Shown here: in pieces, positions 1 to 10,327 of the stretch
Numbering within the stretch: the first letter of the stretch is position 1
Layout of the letters: the number at the start of each line of letters is the position of its first letter
Assembly: GCA_040954595.2 (NCBI GenBank)
Contig: CM082582.2
Span: 3,766,303-3,830,302 of the forward strand
DNA: 64,000 nucleotides
Direction of reading: 5' to 3'
From: Balanoglossus misakiensis
Lineage: Eukaryota > Animalia > Hemichordata
Program-made: the position numbers and the translations under genes
Notes under the pieces: generated by a model
Seen by the model: the letters and a program-made list of their open reading frames with translations, nothing else
What the model was told of the DNA's origin: nothing
Databases searched by the model: none

Positions 1-540
1 AATTCTTCCTATTTCATTCACAGAGAAAAAAACGATGGAGGAGAGAGATGTCTGAGACAATTGGGAGAGAGAGACAGACGTGTAGAAGTGTTGCGATGCA
101 TGGTAAGTGATTTACAATAATTACAGATAACCTGAAACTAAAAGTTCTTTTCATCTTAAATGAATATTCTTCCTATTTCATTTACAGAGAATAAGGCATA
201 CATGTAGGCAAATTGTCCGTAGACAGAGAGTAATTACAGATAACCTGAAACTAAAGTTCTTTTCATCCTAAATGAATATTCTTCCTATTTATAGGCAGAG
301 GCAGAGTGTTGTACGGAGAATAGGAGCACGGGATGAAAAAGTAACAGCGTCTTTTATAATCCTTAATGAATATTCTTCCTATTTCATTTACAGAGATTTA
401 GGTTTAGGCAAACATTACGGCGACAGTTAAGAGCAAGGGACGAAAAACTCACAGAGTTGCGATGCATGGTAAGTGATTTACAACAATTGTAGATATCCTG
501 AAACTGAATTCTCTTTTCATATGTAACCAAGAAATAGCCA
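1..540 (+). repeat. Tandemly duplicated exon-intron-like cassettes, antisense within PSMD7 intron 3
   Basis: The motif aatgaatattcttcctattt(catttacag) recurs four times, ending in AG at 23, 187, 294 and 393. gttgcgatgcatg|gtaagtgatttacaa occurs twice (GT at 103 and 469). The intervening segments encode related peptides (LRQLGERDRRVEVLRCM; RRQLRARDEKLTELRCM). Confidence 0.65.
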
Positions 541-923
541 AACAAACACATTTCTGGAAATCACAGGAAAAAAACAGTAAAATCCTTAAATAAGAGCGAG
601 TTCGAACATACGAGTCTTGTGCGTACTATCAACTATCTCTAATGTTGTACTGTCTTGGGTTTCTTTCAGTTGGGATAAGCTGCGCGGCTCGATAGAAGCC
701 AAGTTGTACATGGAGAAATTAAACCACATGGATCAGGTCCTTAACACAATGGCTATGAAAACCAGACTATTGAGAATGTGGTTTAAAAATATCGCCATGG
801 ACCCGGAACGCTAAAAGGTATAATGGTGAATCTTAACCCAGTGTGTGACCTTTTACATCCTGGCATTTTGTTGGTATGATTTAACCATTTTGAGTTTAAA
901 CTCTGGATCAATCAACCTTACTT

Positions 924-966
924 ACTGAATCTGTGCACTGTAAATCACTGAATCTGTGCACTGTAA
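924..966. repeat. Short tandem duplication (23-bp period)
   Basis: actgaatctgtgcactgtaa at 924-943 and 947-966. Confidence 0.85.
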
Positions 967-1424
967 GGCAAAGTACACAGAAACACCACCATGCATTTTT
1001 GAGGCTCTAGACTTGTTTTGCAGATGGAATGAACTCCACAGTCAATGTCACGAGTCCAAGCAATGTTGAACGACGGACCGAAGTTCCACACGGCAAAGTA
1101 CACGGAATTTCACAACATCTCAACTTCAATTCAATGCTAGTTCCTTGGAGAAGTAAATTAGTCTCAGGTTGGTATGAAAACCGATAGTCAAAAACTCGCA
1201 TACCTGGAGGATGTCGAAGGATTCAAAATCACACACATCAAGAAGTAATGGCTGCCACAAAATCACCAGATCCTCCACCGGAACCCCAGGTGAACCAGAT
1301 GGTACCAGGTGATCCTCAAGACTCCCCAAGTTATTGAAGAAAGAAACAAGCACCCACCTCACTAAAAATCACCACCGAGGGCGCAAACTAGAAGTGCAAC
1401 TCCCACCATCACCGGAATCATGCC

Positions 1425-1535
1425 CTCTATGACACGATCTGGGATGTGTCTAAAGTTCTGTTATATTTAAAAAGCCTTCCTCTAGCAGAGGAGCTTACTT
1501 TAAAAATGCTTACACTGAAGCTGGTTATGTTGATG
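1425..1535 (+). mobile_element. Fragment of DIRS-like retrotransposon tyrosine recombinase
   Basis: Translates as LYDTIWDVSKVLLYLKSLPLAEELTLKMLTLKLVMLM. This resembles the Y-x-x-x-WDV-x-x-VL...L-S/T-LK-x-LT-x-KL-x-x-L segment that precedes the catalytic domain of DIRS1-group recombinases. It is truncated on both sides and was recognised from memory, not by search. Confidence 0.65.
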
Positions 1536-1636
1536 ACGCGATGTGTATTATAGGGACAGAGACTACAACGTACCCAGACGACAGTTCCAGAGTCATTTGT
1601 TCAATGTTTCTTAACGAATTTGGCTAATTTGTGACC

Positions 1637-1728
1637 GTGTGAGAAATATAATCTCACACACCAAGGACCTGGGATCACGACGAGTGTGAGAAATATGATC
1701 CCAGGTCCTTGGGAGTGTGAGATTCTAT
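1637..1728. mobile_element. Palindromic terminus of a non-autonomous DNA transposon (second copy at 63886-63930)
   Basis: Imperfect inverted repeat 1650-1677 / 1696-1724. Segment 1684-1728 matches 63886-63930 at 44/45 nt. Confidence 0.7.
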
Positions 1729-1745
1729 TAATCTAGAATACTCAC

Positions 1746-1843
1746 AGAGTTTGGACAGTAATTCCTGATAATATCATTGACTGCAATATCATTCTGGTGA
1801 AGTTTTGGACCTGTGTGATACCAGCCTACTATCTTCTCTCGAG
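1746..1843 (-). CDS. PSMD7: 26S proteasome non-ATPase regulatory subunit 7 (Rpn8), coding exon 3
   Basis: Not in the ORF track. Acceptor ttctttag and donor gtgagt flank 98 nt encoding (A)[32 protein letters not shown], which contains the MPN-domain GWYHTGP motif. In frame with exon 2. The remaining exons were not found in 1-1745. Confidence 0.96.
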
Positions 1844-2086
1844 CTAAAGAAGGAAATCAGAGGTAATATTTCATTGAAATATTCAATACAAAATAACCTG
1901 TGTTGATTTAGACTAAAATTGTGTAGCGATTACGTAAACGTAAATGACACCGGTATTTCTATTTTACATTGATTGTTTATGCAACGGAAAGCCTTTGTTT
2001 TCGATTGTAATCTTTATCAAGTAAATTCATTTGGTTTAATTTCTGATATAGCAGACAAAGAAGGTGCACCTGCCTTTAATACTTAC

Positions 2087-2179
2087 CATTGACTTTCTTA
2101 AACATACCATACATGCACTCCAAGTAGTCATGGTCTAAAAACAAGACTGACAGGTCTTTGTCATCTTCATCAAAGGGAA
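2087..2179 (-). CDS. PSMD7: PSMD7/Rpn8 coding exon 2
   Basis: Not in the ORF track. Acceptor aaatag and donor gtaagt flank 93 nt encoding (V)[30 protein letters not shown]; phase 1 at both ends. Confidence 0.96.
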
Positions 2180-2756
2180 CTATTTAGAGAGATGAATAAA
2201 GAGGTACAATAGTCAGATTTACTGGAGAAAACACACAGCAAATATTATAAGTAAGAACACAACTCTTTTGAGGTGGTAAGGTAAATGAGTGGCCACTGTC
2301 CACTGTACAGATATGCAGGAAAATGTTCCGAATCCAATCCTGTTCGGCGACCTGTGCACATTTGGATCTGTATCTCTGGTTTTGACATTTAACCCCAAAA
2401 CCAACAGGCAAAAACTTGAGCTACTGAACTGCAGCCAGACTTGAATTGAAATTACCAATGCCATTCTGTGTAATGCTGAATTTTGGGGCATGATTACAGT
2501 GTGATATAACGGACCCCAGAGGATATTATCTGCTTATTCATATCACATGTGAATCTTATGCAGACCATCATTCAAGTAATCATGCCCTTCACTGTACAAA
2601 CGGATCTGGAAAGGATGTCACGTCAGAAATCCCTAACCCTACTATTCATAATAATAGTGCGAGTTGACTAGAGGTGTCCTGTTGAGAAACTTCAAAATTC
2701 GCTACAACATATTTATAATTCGAAAAAATCTTAAAACTATTCATCATCCACAGTAC

Positions 2757-2931
2757 CTGCAAAACTGTTAGATATGTCGAGAACATGGTCTTTTCTGAGC
2801 GAGCCAAGAAGCACTCCACACACTCTCTTCTGATTTCCCACTTTCCCCATCCGATTGAAATGATCGACGACACTTAGTAACACCAATGGATGTACCACCA
2901 CTTTCTCAATCTGTCCGCCCGGTGCCGTCAT
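2757..2931 (-). CDS. PSMD7: PSMD7/Rpn8 coding exon 1
   Basis: [58 protein letters not shown] is the characteristic Rpn8 N-terminal MPN sequence. It ends at GCAG|gtactg (phase 1). Confidence 0.97.
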
Positions 2932-3489
2932 CTTGGGGATCCCTTATATGAATTACTGGACAATGAACTGCCAAAACACTTCACACTTATATTGGACACA
3001 AGCTTCCCACTAAAATCCGAAATCGCAGACTCACGCTTTCTGCAATGAACAGTTGAATGAGTTGCGCATGTGCCATGACATGACCTGTCACACAACATCC
3101 TGGGAAATCCCTTTTCGTAACCTGACCGGAACTGAACAAAATTTACCAATTTTAAGTGAATATGCCAGTCATAATATTTTTTTAATACTTTAAATTAAAT
3201 TACATTCATGATCGAGAAATCGCCTGTGCAAAATGTTAATGTTTATTGATACGAACTGTTGTGTGGTGGCGCTCTTCCTTCGTAGTCAGCAGGTGTTCAA
3301 TCAACGGGCTCATCATCACACAAAGCAGTAATTTCTGTTACCAGGTCACGGTTCAGCTGTATTGTTTACATGTCACCGTAATGGTTCAAACAATTACGCG
3401 GCACATCGAAATCACAGTATCCCTCAATTGCACTGATATTATTTCACCACTGTGCTTTTATTATCACTGCACTGGCCATATATACAACG
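2932..3489. promoter_or_regulatory. Putative bidirectional promoter plus 5' UTRs
   Basis: 558 bp between divergent ATGs (2931 minus, 3490 plus), relatively CpG-rich. Contains ARE-like 3024-3034, NRF1-like TGCGCATGTGC 3063-3073 and X-box-like GTTACCAGGTCAC 3337-3349. Confidence 0.7.
3024..3034 (-). promoter_or_regulatory. Candidate antioxidant response element (CNC/sMaf site) upstream of PSMD7
   Basis: Minus strand GTGAGTCTGCG matches the consensus RTGASNNNGCR, about 95 bp upstream of the PSMD7 ATG. Confidence 0.5.
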
Positions 3490-3642
3490 ATGGCTAACAA
3501 CTGTTACCGTTCGAAAATTCCCCCGGAAGCCAGGAACGACCAGGAAGAGCGACTGGCAAGCAGACATATCCAGACTCTAGAGTTTCTGCAAGAGATAGTT
3601 CAAGAAAATAAGCAACTGAAAGCTAAAGTCGAGGAATTGAAG
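3490..3642 (+). CDS. Uncharacterised coiled-coil protein, coding exon 1
   Basis: MANNCYRSKIPPEARNDQEERLASRHIQTLEFLQEIVQENKQLKAKVEELK with heptad pattern; ends AAG|gtaatt; 153 nt, phase 0. Confidence 0.85.
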
Positions 3643-3815
3643 GTAATTTTGGGCCAGAGGATTAACAATGAATGTCTAATTTACGGTCCTGTTTTACTCC
3701 AATAAAAGGAAGACATTTTGATCGGGACTTCTCTAATGGAGGCTCCAACCTCCACTCAAACAGTTTCTGAGATCAATAATAATACACATATCTTCTAGTA
3801 CATTATTGACATTGT

Positions 3816-3916
3816 TAGCTGCAGTTCAGTAGCTCGAGGTTTTGCTTTGGTTTGTGTGTCTGCTTTTGCCGTCTAACTGATAACACACAAAACCTTGAGC
3901 TACTGAACTGCAGCTA
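3816..3916. mobile_element. MITE-like element with 29-bp terminal inverted repeats
   Basis: tagctgcagttcagtagctcgaggttttg (3816-3844) and caaaaccttgagctactgaactgcagcta (3888-3916) differ by one mismatch and end in TA. A solo arm lies at 2409-2435. Confidence 0.7.
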
Positions 3917-4046
3917 TGACAGCGTACACTTTCAGTTACAGAAAAAAACATGGAGCTATCCGTGGACTGGTAGTTTTACCACTACCACTACCACTGGTAG
4001 CTCCATAGTAAAACTTAGTATTTGGAGCCAGTGGGTTTGGGTTTTG

Positions 4047-4225
4047 TCAGCTCTGCGTACACTACAGGTCTGTGTGTTCCGGCGTTACACCCTGGCATGG
4101 GAACATATTGCTGCAGTTTTGCAGCCCGCGACTACCCTTGACGATTTAAAAAAACAATAATCGTCAAGGGTAGTCGCGGGCTGCAAAACTGCAGCAATGG
4201 AACACAGACCTGTACGCAGGGCTGA
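4047..4225. repeat. Nested fold-back with a perfect 40-bp stem
   Basis: 4107-4146 is the exact reverse complement of 4159-4198 (12-nt loop). Outer imperfect arms lie at 4047-4080 / 4199-4225. Confidence 0.9.
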
Positions 4226-4659
4226 TGATTTGTGAGATTTACTGGGGCTTGGGAGATGTATAGTTTGCTAAACTTGAATTTGTGTGTCAGTGAACGTGAA
4301 CTTGCAGACACAGGTTTACCTACGAAATTGTAAATCAGCTATGTGGTAGTTTTGACCTCAAAATAAAAGTTTGGAAGTGTTTTAATGTAAAATGATGTGA
4401 ATTGCACTGAGTTGGCATTAGGGCAGGCTTGACTATAACAGGTATACACATTTCTCAGATAGTGGAAAGAAACTTCACACAGTCTGATAAATGTCAACAT
4501 CAATCTCATTGTATGATTATTTGATCCCACTTGACTCGGTCCTTTTCATTTGCAGTGCCCATAAACTGCTGATCTTTCTACTGTTGTATGACATCTTGTT
4601 TTGGTGTCCAACCTATTGTTTTGCGGTCTAAACTACCTAGTTTGTGGTGGTGAACTATA

Positions 4660-4771
4660 ACTGTAAAAGCTTTCATTTTCACTGGCATTTAATTTCACCA
4701 TTTTGATATTTGGAGCTCATTTCACTATGTTGTAAATTGTAAGTCAGTGAAATATTAATGCTTTTACTATA
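4660..4771. mobile_element. Degenerate MITE, possibly related to family A
   Basis: Ends actgtaaaagc ... gcttttactat form an imperfect inverted repeat resembling the family A termini. Confidence 0.35.
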
Positions 4772-6278
4772 TGTCAGTTTCTGCAGTGTCTGATAAATGC
4801 TGCAAACTACATTGTATGACATTGTAAGTGAAGGGTTGATTTACTACGGTACTATGTTAGATACCTTGAGTCAGATAGATATGATTATGTAACTTTGCTT
4901 GGCATTGTTGGTACATTGTACTATGGAAGAACCAGATCCCAGACCCTAACAGAAAAGGATTAAATTTGGATTAAACAAAATTAAACTCTGCTACATAATT
5001 CATAGCAAACTGGAGAAGATGAAACGTGTATAAATGAATAAATTGTATAATTTCTGTCAATCTGTCATTGTATCTAAGGGCATGATATGTACAAAATGGT
5101 GGAGTGGCTTTTTGTATTTTTAATTGTATACATGTATATATAAAATGTTCTTCTTTTAGGATGAGGGTCAGCCAATCAGACAAGGTTCATTTGCATGCAG
5201 CATTCAAGAAACATGCCTGTTACTTTGTAACTATGGGTACTGTGCAATGCTCTGTGCAGTTAATTATAATGATTATAAAAACTAAAAATTTGACTTCTGT
5301 CAATGGTCACTGTGACTGTGATTTGCCCTTTGACCTCCAATTGACATGCCTCTGATGATTTTACAAACACTTAGTCTATTTGCTGTACTTCTTGTCAGTT
5401 GGATGTTTTGGCCCAATGGCTGATGATGTGGTAAGCAGTTTACAATAGCAAAAAAACTTGGTTATTTCAGTGTATGCATCTGGAAGTTCAATGATTTTTA
5501 TATGGCTTTCTGTTGTAACTTATGGTATTATTTGTGGTCATACCCATCCATAATATAAAGTTAATAGGTCAAACATAGTTCACTGAGCATGGATTCTCAT
5601 GCGCTGAGACTGTGCACTCTTTCAGTTCATAGATTCCTAGCCTCCACTCCCCAATACAAACAGTCAATAGAGTGGTAGGACTGTGGACCCGCAGCAATAC
5701 TACTAGTTGGATAATGTTGTTTTTTATGTGACATGTTGCATTAGTTGCAGAAAGTTATAACTACATATTCAACATGGAAGACTTTTATGAATACTTTTGT
5801 CTTTATGGAACTCTGGTCTAGACACTTGGGGTATTTCATATGAAACTCTATCCTCCCTCTAAAATAATGTACTGACACCTTCCACACTTTAACTTTTTGC
5901 AAGACTCAGTCCTCAGTTTGTAGACACATATGTAACCTCCCCAGGCAGATGGTCCAGCATACGCACACTCTTGTTCACATCTGTCGAAATAAATGGACGT
6001 TGTCATCGATGTATGATCAGTTTAGAATTTGAACCCAACGTTCAATTGTGTGTATGAATATGCAAAAGAACATCTCCTCATTCATGCTCAGGAACTGAAG
6101 TTTTGAATTGCTAATAAAATTTATTCTCCTCAGAAGTTTATACAGATCTAAGCGATAAAAACAAGACTTTTCTTGACATACATGAGAAGTTTGATTGTTA
6201 GAAGGAATTAATATCGCGGAAAAGTTGTAAAAATGGAGGATATACATATAGACGAAAATGGCCTTTTGGTGCAAATTT

Positions 6279-6417
6279 AAAGTCTCTCGCTGTCCTTTTT
6301 GACACTTTATGTTATTCTACATGTGGATATATAGGCAATCAATGTTCGACCATACACAGCTTCCATCCCATTTGTAGGATATGAGAGGGCAGTGAGAGAG
6401 AGACTTTGTCCCTTTAA
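6279..6417. mobile_element. Family C fold-back element, internally deleted copy
   Basis: Shares tattctacatgtggatatatag, cttccatcccatttgtaggatatgagag and the end gagagactttgtccctttaa with the copies at 14435 and 44793. Confidence 0.8.
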
Positions 6418-9400
6418 TGGAAGTTTAGAATCTATTTGATTGTCAACTGCAACTCAGACAATCTAAGATATTGAAAGTGCATTCTGTGAAAATTTGGTTG
6501 ATAAGTGTCAGATCAGAGAAACCAGGGAAGTTTATCAGTGACTTATGAAATGTTGGGGTTGTATATATTCAACTTTTCTATTGTCCATCAAACTTTGATA
6601 TGAAGTTTACCTTTGTTCTGAAGTTGTCATTCTCAAATGTGTCCATTTGTGAGAACTCTGCCATCTTGTGGTGGGTTAATTAGTGTAACTAAAAACTCTA
6701 AATGGCCTGTAGAGGGCAGTATACACAACCCTCATTATTGCCTTGCCATTGATCAACACTGATTTGCATACTAATCTGTTGCCATGTCATATACGTATGA
6801 GTTAGGAGGCCCTCTTGAGTCATTATTTAGAGTATAATGATTGCTATTGTTCAGATTCTCAAGTTTCATATCCTGACTAATTATTGCTTCAACTTTGCCT
6901 GAGGCCATATGTGCACTTCAATTAATTCCTTTGTCTGGCTTAGCCATAGGGAGAATATCCTCTATCCTGTTCCACAGAAACAGCACAAATAAAGTGTCGT
7001 ACTCAACAAAAAAGTGTTGAACTTCAACATTTTTTATTTCTCCTGTTTCTGGCTAGATGTTAATGTGACTATTATTCGTGAAAAACGACACTGAAAAAGT
7101 TTGGTATGATAAAGACTCGTGCAATATTTATGCTCTGAGGTCAGCCCAAGAGAAGAGAAAATGTTAAGCATAAATTGTATGATTTTTGAATGTCACAATC
7201 CCGTGACTGAAAGTCTTTGTAAGTATTTCTGCTGGAGAATGTTGAATCAGGCTTTTATAGTGACACAAATAAAAATAAGCCCTGAGAAGGAAAATAGAGC
7301 GATTAGGATATTAATCTTGTGGATGGGCGATTCATGACTAGAGTATTTGTGTGATGCATGTGTCTCCTTTGGGTGAAGTGTCGCAACAATCAAATAATAT
7401 CTCAGCACATTTATTATTCAGTCTGATATAATCTTTCTCATTTATTTTGCCTTTCTTGATTCAAGAAATTACAGCTAGCTGCATGAAGGAAGCAAAGTGA
7501 TGGGTTTAGAAAAGGGAGATTTGACAGACCGTCTTTGTGTGTGTGTGAGGCAGTATAAATGAGAAGAAACCGCGTTTTAAACAGTTAATCCCGACATTGT
7601 TTCATGTAAAGCAGTTAGCAGTGGTTTCACCAGCGCATTTATTCTCTGACCTCTCAGTGTCATTGTGGCATCAATGAAAATTGCCAAGTTGGCAAGATGC
7701 CAGTGACTTTTCTTACCCCCATTTCCAACCACATATTGTAGTTTGACCTGCTCAGGGCAAATTAACAGCAGAGAGAAACAACTTGAAGCTAGAGGGGGAA
7801 AAAAAGAAACCCGACAGAGCGTGCACAGATTTCCTAATGACCCTGGCATTCAGTAATGACCCCCGACCTCGACATGTCATTTAATTAAGTCAAATTAGCA
7901 AGCGCAGCAATTAGCTAAGTCATAAGCCGGCTTTTGTGAGGTCCGGCTGCATTTGGGGGATTGGGGAATTGGAATAAATTGGAAGTCTGAAAACAGAGCG
8001 CGTTGCAATTAATCCAGTGTTGCCTCTATAATTATTTTATGGACTGTAAATGAGCTGGCGGGCGAGGTGTTTTAATTGCATTACTAATGGTTGGCAGAGA
8101 CTAAAAGGTAGAACTGACCTGTCATCTGACTGTCTGTGGTGGGGTCAGCCCATTCAGCGCCGAAAACAAGCCTCTTTGTTTCTTTGCATTTTAAGGTCAC
8201 CCGCTTTTTTTTTCTTTCCGAAAAGGAGGAAAAGAATGTCAGCTTTGAAAAGGAGATGTAAAGCGCAATAATCTCCTAACACCATTGATGAGCACAGGAT
8301 TTAGATTACTCTACCAAAAGCAGATGTTGAAAGCAGGGGCTACTTTGTTGCCTTATTGCTAATGAGACTGTTTGTCATCTGCATAGAGATGCGTTTAATC
8401 CCCGCCAGTTTCCGTGATATTATCACTGCCAAAATATTATCGCAAAAAATAGTGTCCCCAGAAATAAATTAATGACAGCCGAGATTTTGCCCCATTCAGA
8501 CAGTATCAAGCAATCAATAATGTATCAAGTCCCCGATTTTACTGTCATAGCGCATTTTCTCAAAATGTCTTACCCTCGTATTAACATCACAAATCTTTTG
8601 CTTGTAACACAAAATTGATCAGTATAAAAATATGAAAACTTAGAACGGCTCTGGCTATTAACAATTTTAATTGGATTAGTCGGCATGGCAATATTGAAGT
8701 CTTACTTTTTGGGAAAAAAATCCTGATCCTTGCAACCCCATTTCCACTTTTACATAATTTCCATGTAATTTTATGAGTTCATATTTTATCTTCATGGCCG
8801 CTGAGATTTATATCTGGTTTGCATCTCATTAATATTAACAAGTTGAAAAAAGGGATTCTCTCTCGGCACTGATATGTATATATGTGCGGATCAATTATCA
8901 TACAAACGCTGCAACTTCAAAGCAAACTGAAACCTTATGCAAACAGGATGATTTAACCTCAATTTTCATGTCAGCAAACTTGGTATTTTCGGCATAGCTG
9001 TGCTCAAACGACCAGTCCAAAGTTTAATTTGCCATCTACTGTAATGTGGTGACGTAGATCACTGATTGCCACGAAAACCATCATTGCATACAGAGAATTG
9101 TAAATTATTGGAAAGGCTTAGGTGAGCAGAACAATTGCACCAGGAGAGTATGCCTACTCTCATGCATTAATCATTGTCCAAAATGTAGAAAGGAAAATTT
9201 GTTATTTCATAAAGAGGGACTGTCAGTCTGAATGGCTTAATAGTTCTAATACACCACAGACCATTCAGGTATGCCCTGTCAGTTGTAAATGATGTTTTCT
9301 TCGGAGAATCATCTTGCATGCAGATATAGATAAGTACTCCCATTCACAGTTGTTTTAACCCAACAATAAAATAACATTTCCATTTCTTTGTCAAGCAGGA

Positions 9401-10327
9401 TAAAACACACTGTGTCCCAACATTGGAGGGGTAACATCCTGGTACAAATGTTATACCACCCGATAACTTTGCTGAAAAAAATAATGTTTAGTTCAACCAG
9501 ATGATTTTATGTAGTGTAGAAATGTGTAGTTTTAAGGAAACCCAATATGCATTTCAATTTTTTGTCACATTTTCATTTTTTTACTAGTAGTCTATAGTAT
9601 CTACAAAAATACTCATTTTTACTAGAAATGTTCGTGTTTTGTATTCATTGGCAATGTAATCAACTAAGAAAAGTACTTGATTTCATGCAATGTAAATTAA
9701 CCAATACCATTTTTTGGAAAATTTCAGTCCTGATCTTAGAAGCTTTAAGATACATAATTGTTTTTTTTTTCATTTTAATATACTAACATGTTTTATTTAT
9801 TTCCAAAGATATGTCCATAAATAGAGCGTGATAATTGGATAGGCTGAACAGCTAGTCCCCTTCCCTTACAATTTTACAAAATAAACTCTTTAAAAAAAAG
9901 ACAGAGATCTACCCGTTTTTAAAAAACAATCTTAAAAATATAGTTTATGTATTAACTTGCAAGAAAACTACAATTGTTCTTGTTTTGGTAGTTATACTTA
10001 TAGAAGACGAGATGGAAGTCCAACCCTTCCTTATCCGTTGTTAAAAGTGAAGAGCAAATGGTGAAATTTTTAGCTTGTAATGAGTTCAATTTGTAAGCAA
10101 TCTGGTGACAAATTTCTGACTTATGACACCAAAATGACTCATGCAACTCTTATGGGAAAAGCTGCCTCAAGCTAATTATTGTTAAATGAGTACCAGGTCA
10201 AAATCAGAACAGAATTCCATCTTTTCTAGTTTTTCACTGAGTGATAATCACAGAATTTTTTTTTTATCGTAAAATAAAAATATTGTTTTTCCCAGTTCTA
10301 TAAGCATTTTAATAACAATAAGAACAT

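Noticed and set aside
1-540. Repeat-spacer pattern resembling a CRISPR array
   Set aside because: Eukaryotic intronic context, irregular spacing, splice-site-like repeats and no cas genes.
5160-5184. Possible 25-nt extra exon (ttcttttag|...AAG|gttcat)
   Set aside because: Weak donor, and it would break the reading frame.
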